The notes under the pieces are model-generated. The model had not been told where the DNA came from and did no database searches. It saw nothing but the letters and a program-made list of their open reading frames with translations. From contig JAWKNF010000014.1 in NCBI GenBank assembly GCA_041391825.1, positions 3,116 through 67,115 on the forward strand: 64,000 bases of DNA, in the 5' to 3' direction. Each line of letters begins with the position of its first letter. Position 1 is the first letter of the stretch. A program made the translations under genes and the position numbers. This DNA comes from Flavobacteriales bacterium. Lineage in GTDB: Bacteria; Bacteroidota; Bacteroidia; Flavobacteriales_F; PHOS-HE28. Below are positions 28,589-36,244 of this stretch, piece after piece.

Positions 28589-29323
28589 TCAACTGTCCTT
28601 GTGGACCTTCTTCGCGTCTTGAATCGTAATTCTTGTCTCGAATGGGAGATATCGTTGTTCTGCTAACCAAAGGAGCCGTTCTGCTTGAATCTTGAGCGTC
28701 CTACGCAAACCCGGCTGTACTTCCCTTTCATTGATGACTTGGGCCAACCGAGCTATGGTCCCAGCGCGTCTCGCAAGTCTCGTATCAGGATGTCCCCTTA
28801 AATCCTTCACGGCGTCAGTGACAATCGAGCCTCTATAGGCTTTAGGAAGCTTAACCTTCCGTGTAGAAGTCGGGATCTTTTCGTTCAAAACGGCCATGAA
28901 CCGCGATTTCTTGAGTAGCTGATGGAAGACCGTCGCTTCTAGTGCATCCAAGTGCGAGTGAATGTCCTCCTTTGGAGTCACCCCGGAGTCGAACAATGTG
29001 CACGGCCAAACTTCTATTGAATACACCTCGTAAGGATCGAGGACACTCATCGCCACCGCATCTGTCCGTTGGTTGGTTAGATGGCGTCGGATGCGAGTGG
29101 ATACTTTTTCGGCTGTGCGACCGACATAGATAGGTTCGCCCTCGTAGTCATAAAAGGCATACACGGCGTATTTGAAGCTCCCAAGGGACTTGGGCTTTTC
29201 GGAATTCCCACCCAAAATCTTCTGCTTTAGAAATTGCGTAAGCTCATCCCGAAGTGATGCGGTTTCCCATGGGGAGGACTCAGTAGAGATAGCCGGTACC
29301 GGGGGGCTTGGTTTAGATGACAT
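28589..29323 (-). CDS. GIY-YIG nuclease-family protein (244 aa)
   Basis: YAVYAFYDYEGEPIYVGRTAEKVSTRIRRHL carries the GIY...YVG...R motifs, with downstream acidic/Asn residues (YEVYSIEVW). The ORF is intact, and GGAGG lies 8 nt upstream of the ATG. Confidence 0.6.
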   Translation of the reverse strand: MSSKPSPPVPAISTESSPWETASLRDELTQFLKQKILGGNSEKPKSLGSFKYAVYAFYDYEGEPIYVGRTAEKVSTRIRRHLTNQRTDAVAMSVLDPYEVYSIEVWPCTLFDSGVTPKEDIHSHLDALEATVFHQLLKKSRFMAVLNEKIPTSTRKVKLPKAYRGSIVTDAVKDLRGHPDTRLARRAGTIARLAQVINEREVQPGLRRTLKIQAERLLWLAEQRYLPFETRITIQDAKKVHKDS

Positions 29324-29522
29324 GAAATCAACGCCTCCGAATGGCGGATGCTTCCGACGCGTGAATTACCGTGCCATTACGTTCGATGGTTGTTACGCGG
29401 ACAACTTCTTGAACCACGGTAAGAGACTTCAAACCTGACCTTGTTCACTTCATCGTCAATGCCACCGAAGCACGTGTAGCGCATGCATGAAGCCTACGTT
29501 TTCCAAGTTGTGAGGTTGCGGT

Positions 29523-30204
29523 TTAGGATTGTTTCGAACGCTTTCGCTTGGAATGGTGGACGCGGAAACAAAATACAAGCATGGTGGAGTGAGCTTGTAT
29601 GGCCCCACCTCTGTTGAACGACTTCAGCACGGAGCAATTTAGGACAAGCGGGCGGCCGATGGTTCCGCAAATCCAGTCCCAAATGATTAGCCCGTCAACT
29701 ACCGACTCACGTTCTATAACTTCAGCACTCAAGCGAGTATGTATTCCAGACCACGCGTTGTGTCTTGGGTCGGCACCAGGGTTACTACAGACGCTCCAAA
29801 TGATGAACTCTTGAGCATGTGCATGTCACCCGAAAATGTTCGTGTTGTTTTATCCAAACAACCCTTCAGTTCGACAACTGAAGTGCGTCCATCATTCAAG
29901 GTGATAGTGTAGTCGTGGCGGTTCGCCTCTGATGATGCCCAACTCGAAATGACTCAGGTAATCTTCCAGCGCCGGTTTGAGAACGCGACTGATTTTGTCG
30001 CGTTTATCTCATGGTTGCCAGTGAACTGGCCGCGAATACGGCTTGATAGCGCCGCGAAAAACAAACCTCCCTGATAAGAGTTCGTCTCCGGAAAGCCCGT
30101 GTGACCCCAAGTGGTGCGCTTCGGTCTTGAGGCATTTCGGCAGCCATCGATTTGTTTCCTTCTGAGGTTCTGTTCTGATTGCAAAGGATTATATTATCGC
30201 TCAT
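29523..30204 (-). pseudogene. Fragmented ORFs, possibly a PD-(D/E)xK-type nuclease (very tentative)
   Basis: ATG 30204 (MSDNIILCNQ...) lies 1 nt after a candidate methyltransferase stop. A downstream frame contains HDYTITLNDGRTSVVELKG (D-x13-E-x-K) and another contains AEVIERESVVDGLIIWDW. At least 3 frames are used and no family could be assigned. Confidence 0.2.
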
Positions 30205-30205
30205 G

Positions 30206-31361
30206 TCAATTGATATCACCTGATTGGAGAGGAGAAGCGGCTCTCGATGCAAGAGGGCAATATGCCTCACTACTGGCACCGGCGTAATCTCCGTCTCCTG
30301 TCAAGGATAGGCCTCGTTATAGTTCGAGGGAGGACGTAGCTGTCGGGTAACCCCATCAACCTTTGCCGTTTCACGGCTTGATATCAACCGCGAACGTATT
30401 TGCTTCCCTTTTACCACGATGACCAATTGGCGGCTGGAGCCGCCCGATGGAGTACGGAGACAGCCTGCAAGGTTGTCGAACCGAACCTCTGCTCTCTGCA
30501 ACTTTTTTCTCCGTTTTCGTCGAGGCGCGTTCGCTTGTAAATTGCCCCAACTTCTGTAATTTGCCCAAGCTCTGTGCCTCTGCTAACTTCTTACGGTTAA
30601 CATTACTCATCATTGCGAGTAGTTGCCGGGTCTCTTCTGTGTGCCACCGAACGCTAGTGGGTTGTTCTCAATTAAGTCCACGAACCGGCTCTTCCGCTTT
30701 GGTGCCTTTTTAACGTTCCACCAGAGCCATTTGCTTTGTGATGACTCCTCCTGAGAGCCTCTGCTGTGTGCAAGCCGAAGTGCGTGTATGTCTCAGTGCC
30801 ATCGGCGAGCCAGCAATCAGCGGCGGTGGGATAGCAATATCCTCTCGCACTGCAATGATGAAAAGCCTAGGGCGCGACTGTGGTACAAACTCCGCCGCAT
30901 CCAGTATTATCGCGCCGAACCTGTAGTTGGTTTCGCTCAGCGCTTCACTAATCGCCGCAAAATCCTTTCCATTATGTGAGGTGAGTGTTCCGCAGACGTT
31001 TTCGAGAACGATCACGCGCGGGGCTCGAGCTTCACTCCTCAGCTTCTTCATCAAACGCCAAAAGGGCCAAACGTACCCGATCAGATCCCCTTAAGACCGG
31101 CACCCATTCCAGCGAGTTAAGACAAATCTGGACACGGAAAGTGAGGCCCAAACGAGGTCCGAGTTCCGGGCAAATTTGGTCTGAAGCCTCTACATCCTTT
31201 GTCATTAACTGGCCATCACCCCAGTTGTGGATGTAGAGCAGCACTCTTTCTTGTAATCAAAGTCATTGGCGAAAGACAGCGCCAATTGGCCCCGAGACCA
31301 GCACGAGCCATACCACCACCGGCGAAGAATTCGAAAAGGAGAATCCAGTGTTATCGGCCAT
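30206..31361 (-). pseudogene. DNA (cytosine-5)-methyltransferase, with at least 6 frame changes plus one in-frame TAA as assembled
   Basis: The motifs occur in the correct order but in different frames. They are MADNTGFSF/FEFFAGGGGMARAGLG (motif I), FANDFDYKKE, YIHNWGDGQLMTKDV, DLVWAS, FPCPDLS (PC motif), LAGMGAGLKGI, TFWPFW/LMKKLRSEARAPRVIVLENV, QSRPRLFIIA, IRSRLISSRETAKV, NYNEAY, LTGDG and VPVVRHIA. Both the 3' end and the start are approximate. Confidence 0.75.
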
Positions 31362-31556
31362 TTGAGAACCAATTCGTTGAGATTTCTCCAGTTGGTGGCC
31401 ATTGAAAAGATTGGGTCCTAACGGCAGACCTCCATAACCTTGATTTGGGCCTCTCAACAATCGACAATTTCCTCACGCATGTGGTTCAGAAGCTTGCTTC
31501 GACAAACCTAAAGACGCCGGATAAAAACATCAAAGCCCTGTCAAAAAAGACATCAA

Positions 31557-31564
31557 CAAAAGTA
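31557..31564 (-). promoter_or_regulatory. Candidate -7 promoter box (TAnnTTTG) on the minus strand
   Basis: TACTTTTG (reverse complement of 31557-31564) lies between the HTH remnant and the methyltransferase. It is about 195 nt upstream of ATG 31361, so the link to that gene is weak. Confidence 0.2.
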
Positions 31565-31585
31565 TCGACAACGGCAATCTACCGT

Positions 31586-31760
31586 TCAAGAGTTAAGCCA
31601 GTACAAAGGGATGCCACTCGTTGCGGACACACGAGTCAAGAAAGCGTCCATTTGCTTGACAGGCATCGCGTGAGCATAGGTGAGCGATCGCAACGAAATG
31701 TCCACAAGCAACTTTGACGAGCCAATGCAACCGATTGAACTACGGCCTTAATGTCGAAAC
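31586..31760 (-). pseudogene. XRE-family/controller (C-protein)-like HTH remnant, with no usable start codon and one frameshift
   Basis: Minus-strand frames read FDIKAVVQSVALARQS then KLLVDISLRSLTYAHAMPVKQMDAFLTRVSATSGIPLYWLNS*. This resembles the helix-turn-helix plus '...G.PL.WL' tail of XRE proteins. It begins directly after the decarboxylase stop. Confidence 0.3.
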
Positions 31761-31763
31761 GCG

Positions 31764-34523
31764 CTATTTCTTCTTCTTCCAACCGACTGGTTCGTCTCTG
31801 TTCCGTCTCTTCCCAAGAGCGGAAATCTTGCGCATTCCACCCATCGCTGTTCCGGTGCGTTGGCGCCCCATGGCGGCCTCGTTGAAGAGGCGCAGGCCCA
31901 GCTCCGGTCGGTAGCCGTGGATCTCTTTTACATCGATGGCGATGAGGAAGTCGATGATCTCGTGGTTGACGACCTGACCGGGCACCAGCACCGGGAAGCC
32001 GGGCGGGTAGGGGATGACGAAGGACGCGGAGACGAGGGTTTCGCCTGCCTTCATGCGGGCCAGACATTCCTCCAGCTTCACGTGCATGCAGCGTTCTTCT
32101 TTGTAGCTGAGGAAGTACGCCGCCCGCAGGTCGCCACCGGGCACGCCGGGCACGGCTTGGAAGGAGCTGTGGAAGCCGCTGAAGTCGGGCAGTGGTGGCA
32201 CATCCTCGGTGAGCGAACGGATGGTACCGATGTGCATCTTCTTCTCAGCGTGGTCCATGCCGGCGTTGCGACGCTCGAGGTCCTCGGCGATCTGTAGCAG
32301 CACCTTGGTGAGGTATGCGACGGAGCCGCGTGTGGTGCCGATGTTGGTCATGAAGAGCACGCTGTTCCGGCTGGTCTTGTTCACCTGGATGGCGTACTTG
32401 TCCATGAGGTATTCGTTCTTGAAGGTGTCGCCGTCGATCCCGGTCTTGCCGGTGAAGAGGTTGATCTTGGTGGGGTCCAAGGCGAACTCATCCTCGGCCC
32501 AGGCGCGTTCGATGTCCTGCCACCCTTTCTCGCGCGAGTAGTAGCCTTCGATGCCGCTTTGGCGATGTTCCTTGGGGATGAGCTCGCCGATGGTGATGAT
32601 GTCGAACCACTTGCGGAGCTTGTCGTGTTCGCGGATGGTACGGCGCATCATCATGCCCAATTCGATCGCCTTTTCCACCAGCTCGAAGCCTTCGAACTGT
32701 ACTTGCCGACGACCGATATCCAAGCTGCCGAGGATCTGGTAGTTGGCGCTGGTGCTGGTGTGCGTCATGTACGCCTCCTGGAAGGCCGCTTCGCTTTTGC
32801 GCTTGAAGTCCTCGTCCCAAATGTGGATCATGCTGCCCTGCCGCATGGAGCTGAGCGTTTTGTGCGTGCTCTGTGTAGCGTACACACGGATGCGCACCTT
32901 GGCGGGATCGGGCATGCGCGGTTCCTCGCCGGGCTTGAGCGAGGCGATGTGCGCTTCGTATTCCTTGCGGTAGGCCTCGGTGCGGTACTTGCGGTGCAGC
33001 TTGGCCGCCACGTGCATGGCCGTGCGCTGGCGCATGATGTAGCTGAAGCTGGCGAAGGCGAACCAGGCCTCGTCCCAGAGGAACACGATGTCGGGCTTCA
33101 GTGCCAAGACCTGTTCCATAACGCGTTCCACGTTGTACACGACGCCATCGAACGTGCTGTTGGTGAGCAGCAGCATCTTCACCTTGTCCAACCGGCCGGC
33201 CTTCTTCAGGGCCAATAGTTTTTCGCGGATGTGTGCGAGCGGCACCGCGCCGTACATGCTGTACTTGGGCAGCGGGTAGCTGTGCAGGTACACGGGATAG
33301 GCCCCACTGAGCACCATGCCGTAGTGGTGGCTCTTGTGGCAGTCGCGGTCGATCAGGACCACGTCGCCGGGTTCCACCAGCGCTTGCACGACGATCTTGT
33401 TGGAGCTGGATGTACCGTTGGTGGCGAAGAAGGTGTACTGCGAACCGAAGGCGTTGGATGCCAGTTCCTGCGCCTTCTTGAGCGGTCCGGTGGGTTGCAG
33501 CAGGGAGTCGAGTCCGCCGGTGGTGGCGCTGGTCTCCGCGAGGAAGAGATTGCGTCCGTAGAAATCGCCGAAGTCCCGGATCCAGCGGCTTTTGAACACG
33601 CTGTTGCCGCGCGAAATGGGCATCGCGTGGAACACGCCCATCGGTTTCTTGCTGTACTCCTTCAGCGCGGTGAAGAAGGGCGTTTCGTAGCGTTCGCGGA
33701 TGCCGCGCAGGATCGTGAGGTGCAATTCCTGCAGGTCCTCGGTGCGGTAGAAGATGCGACGGAAGTTCTTCAGCGTATCGTCCAGCAGCCCTGTCACCGG
33801 CGTATCGGTCACGTAGTAGCGGTCCACCTCGGGCCGGAATTCGCGCAGGATGTTCCCCAACAAGGGCCCCATGTCCGACTTGCTTCGGTCGCTGAGGTCA
33901 AGGTCGTCGAAAGCGCGCAGGAAGGGCTGTAGGATCCCCTTTGCGTAGGGACTGCGGAAGGGAACGCCGTAGCGCACCACGCAGGCCTGGATGTTGTGGT
34001 TGAAGAGCAGTGCGATGAGGGCATCCTGCACGGTGCGCACGACGATCACATCGTAAGTGAAGGGGTCGTTGCGGTCGCGGCTCTTGCGCAGCTTCTGTTT
34101 CAGCGACTGCTCCTCTGCATGGTCGATCTCGTCCACGAAGAGCACCTCGAAGTAGTTCTGGCGGGACTTTTCCTGATCCTCAAGTTCCTCCTCCGGGCCG
34201 CCCATCAGCTCGTCCTTGCCCATGGGGTCGCTGCGGAACGCGCCGCTCACGAGGTTGCGCACCACGTGGTCCACCGCATGGTTCATGCTGTGATACTCCT
34301 TTGCCACCAATAGCTCTTGCAGGCGCGCAACGCGTTCACAGCCGGGGTAGGCCCAGTAGCGCTCGATGGTAGCGAGGTCCGTAAGCAGTGCGGCGGCCGC
34401 GTCCTTGTTCCCGCGTCCTTCATCCAAGGAGGCCACCTCCAAACGCAGCTGGTTCCACGTGAAGGAACGAAGCCGTGCAGCGTTGAAGTGTTGTCTGTTC
34501 TGGGCGTTGTTCGTTGCTTCCAT
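31764..34523 (-). CDS. Large fold-I PLP-dependent Orn/Lys/Arg decarboxylase (919 aa, with N-terminal wing domain)
   Basis: FHAMPISRGNS...LFLAETSATTGGLDSLLQPTGP...FFATNGTSSSNKIVVQ...DRDCHKSHHYG (PLP-lysine context HKS). Its length and order match the AdiA/CadA/SpeF-type enzymes. Confidence 0.85.
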   Translation of the reverse strand: MEATNNAQNRQHFNAARLRSFTWNQLRLEVASLDEGRGNKDAAAALLTDLATIERYWAYPGCERVARLQELLVAKEYHSMNHAVDHVVRNLVSGAFRSDPMGKDELMGGPEEELEDQEKSRQNYFEVLFVDEIDHAEEQSLKQKLRKSRDRNDPFTYDVIVVRTVQDALIALLFNHNIQACVVRYGVPFRSPYAKGILQPFLRAFDDLDLSDRSKSDMGPLLGNILREFRPEVDRYYVTDTPVTGLLDDTLKNFRRIFYRTEDLQELHLTILRGIRERYETPFFTALKEYSKKPMGVFHAMPISRGNSVFKSRWIRDFGDFYGRNLFLAETSATTGGLDSLLQPTGPLKKAQELASNAFGSQYTFFATNGTSSSNKIVVQALVEPGDVVLIDRDCHKSHHYGMVLSGAYPVYLHSYPLPKYSMYGAVPLAHIREKLLALKKAGRLDKVKMLLLTNSTFDGVVYNVERVMEQVLALKPDIVFLWDEAWFAFASFSYIMRQRTAMHVAAKLHRKYRTEAYRKEYEAHIASLKPGEEPRMPDPAKVRIRVYATQSTHKTLSSMRQGSMIHIWDEDFKRKSEAAFQEAYMTHTSTSANYQILGSLDIGRRQVQFEGFELVEKAIELGMMMRRTIREHDKLRKWFDIITIGELIPKEHRQSGIEGYYSREKGWQDIERAWAEDEFALDPTKINLFTGKTGIDGDTFKNEYLMDKYAIQVNKTSRNSVLFMTNIGTTRGSVAYLTKVLLQIAEDLERRNAGMDHAEKKMHIGTIRSLTEDVPPLPDFSGFHSSFQAVPGVPGGDLRAAYFLSYKEERCMHVKLEECLARMKAGETLVSASFVIPYPPGFPVLVPGQVVNHEIIDFLIAIDVKEIHGYRPELGLRLFNEAAMGRQRTGTAMGGMRKISALGKRRNRDEPVGWKKKK

Positions 34524-34701
34524 ATGCGTTCGTCCTGAAAGATAGTTCGCGGCCGCTCCAAGTTGATGTTACGGACGCACGACCCTGCGGCATGCCGAAG
34601 GATAAATGAGTTCCGAGCGCGCGCAGGTAATGCGCTAGCATGGAATGGCCGAATGTTGCTGCGGAGGTGTCCCCAAGGCAGCACACTGTTCCCTTACGCG
34701 C

Positions 34702-35208
34702 TCAGCGTTTGCGGGCCGCAGCCTTCTTGGCGGCGGGTTTCGGCTTGGTGGCCTTGCTGGCCTTGCTTTGCCCTGCGGCCTTTTTCGCCGGTGCCTTGGT
34801 GGAGCGACGTGGCCCTTCGTGCAAGGCCAAGCGGTTGCCTTCGCTGTCGATGAACAAGGCGAAATAGCCTGATTCCGCACTGATCAAGGTCTTGGTCATG
34901 ATCACGCGGCCACCGGCCAGTTCCACGCGACCGAGCACGCTGTCGAGATCGTTACCGGCATTGAGGTAGATGAGCACGCCGGTATCGTTCGGGATGCATC
35001 CGGGGCCGGCCACCAAGGCGCCGCCAACACCGGAGTCGGTGGGAAAGAAGGCCATGGCATAGTCCCCATTGTAGCTGATCTCCATCTGCATGCCGTAGAT
35101 GCCGTTGTAAAAGGCCGAGGCACGTTGGATGTCATAGACCGGGATCTCGAACCAACTGATGAAGTCCTTCGGGCGTTGGTTGTTCATGACGGATGAGGTG
35201 CTTCCCAT
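34702..35208 (-). CDS. VOC (glyoxalase/bleomycin-resistance fold) protein with a Lys/Ala-rich basic C-terminal tail
   Basis: FISWFEIPVYDIQRASAFYNGIYGMQM...GYFALFIDSEGNRLALHE is followed by the tail GPRRSTKAPAKKAAGQSKASKATKPKPAAKKAAARKR. An alternative start is ATG 35187. Confidence 0.65.
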   Translation of the reverse strand: MGSTSSVMNNQRPKDFISWFEIPVYDIQRASAFYNGIYGMQMEISYNGDYAMAFFPTDSGVGGALVAGPGCIPNDTGVLIYLNAGNDLDSVLGRVELAGGRVIMTKTLISAESGYFALFIDSEGNRLALHEGPRRSTKAPAKKAAGQSKASKATKPKPAAKKAAARKR

Positions 35209-35213
35209 GGGAT

Positions 35214-36170
35214 TCAGTCGTTGTTCGGTTCAATGGGTGGCCGGAGCGAGCTGACCACCGGTGTGATGTTCGGGTCCACGAGACGCGCTTCTTCGCGGAT
35301 CTGGAGCTCTCCCAATTCCTTCACGCGGCTCGGCTTGATCAAGGGTCCGAGGCTTTCAAGATACGGATGTTTGGCGCCTTTCTGGTAGATCGTGAAGTCG
35401 ATCAGGTGATCGCGGAAGCTTTTCAGCGGTTGGCCCAAGCGCAGAACGCCCAGTTCACGGCTCCTACGGACCTTTTCAAGATTTATTTCGATCGGGAAAT
35501 ATTCTTCATTGTTCTGCGCCTGATAGATCACGCGACCGTCCGGGCCGCACACGATACTGCGACCGCTTCCGCCGGTATCGAGGCCGTTCACGTCGAAGAT
35601 GTAACACTGGTTGATCGCCGCTGATGCCCGCGCGATGCTGAGCTCGATGTCGCGATCGATCGTACCGGTCAAGGTGGGGTGCAGGATCACTTCGGCACCC
35701 ATCACGGCCAAGGTGCGCGTGGTCTCCGGGAACCACATGTCGTAACAGATGCTGACACCGAACTTCCCGACATCCGGTACATCGAAGACACAGAACTCGT
35801 GGCCTGCAGCAACGCCCACCTCGTAGGGGTAGAAAGGGAACATCTTGCTGTATCGCGTTACCACATTGCCTTCCGGGTCGATCACCGAGGCGGTGTTGTA
35901 GATCTTTCCATCGCGCTTCTCGAAGATGCTGCCGGGCAACAACCACACGCCGTGCTTGGCCGCTGCCGCGCACATTTCCTGCTCGAAGGCGCCCGGCACC
36001 TCCTGTGCATTGTGCGTGAGCGGGCCATAGGCGCACAGCTCGCTGAACACGACCATGTCCACCCAGGGGTAGATGTTCATCAGGATGTCGAGCTTCAGCT
36101 TCATGGCTTCCACATTGCTGTAGGAAGCGCTGACGCGCATTTGGATACCGGCTATCGAGAAAGGCTTCAT
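35214..36170 (-). CDS. Carbon-nitrogen hydrolase (nitrilase-superfamily amidase)
   Basis: The Glu-Lys-Cys triad contexts are VVFSELCAYGP, RYSKMFPF and GVSICYDMWFPE. There is a C-terminal extension of about 60 aa. Confidence 0.75.
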   Translation of the reverse strand: MKPFSIAGIQMRVSASYSNVEAMKLKLDILMNIYPWVDMVVFSELCAYGPLTHNAQEVPGAFEQEMCAAAAKHGVWLLPGSIFEKRDGKIYNTASVIDPEGNVVTRYSKMFPFYPYEVGVAAGHEFCVFDVPDVGKFGVSICYDMWFPETTRTLAVMGAEVILHPTLTGTIDRDIELSIARASAAINQCYIFDVNGLDTGGSGRSIVCGPDGRVIYQAQNNEEYFPIEINLEKVRRSRELGVLRLGQPLKSFRDHLIDFTIYQKGAKHPYLESLGPLIKPSRVKELGELQIREEARLVDPNITPVVSSLRPPIEPNND

Positions 36171-36244
36171 CTGTTCTTGGTCAATGGCGAATGTGAAAAG
36201 GCAACGGTCCGTATTCGCCGCTCATCCTTGGCTGTTCGGAAGCG

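Noticed and set aside
29954-30279. Very-short-patch repair endonuclease (Vsr) downstream of the C5 methyltransferase
   Set aside because: The position after a dcm-like gene and a few loose matches (NKSMAAE..., FRRRTLI, RRYQAVF, GQFTGNHE) suggested Vsr. However, the match needs 3-4 frame changes, and the diagnostic GCFWH(G)H zinc/catalytic motif is not present in any frame.
27200-31760. Calling the islet a mobile element (integrative element, transposon or prophage fragment)
   Set aside because: No integrase, transposase, terminal inverted repeats, att-like direct repeats or tRNA target were found. Only the compositional shift and the R-M-type cargo support foreign origin, so I report it as an islet and not as a mobile_element feature.
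34563-34880. Cluster of 75-96-aa ORFs on both strands around the VOC gene's 3' end
   Set aside because: They overlap the VOC tail or its antisense strand and the decarboxylase upstream region. They are Arg/Ala/Pro-rich with no motifs and are consistent with spurious ORFs in GC-rich, repeat-like coding sequence.
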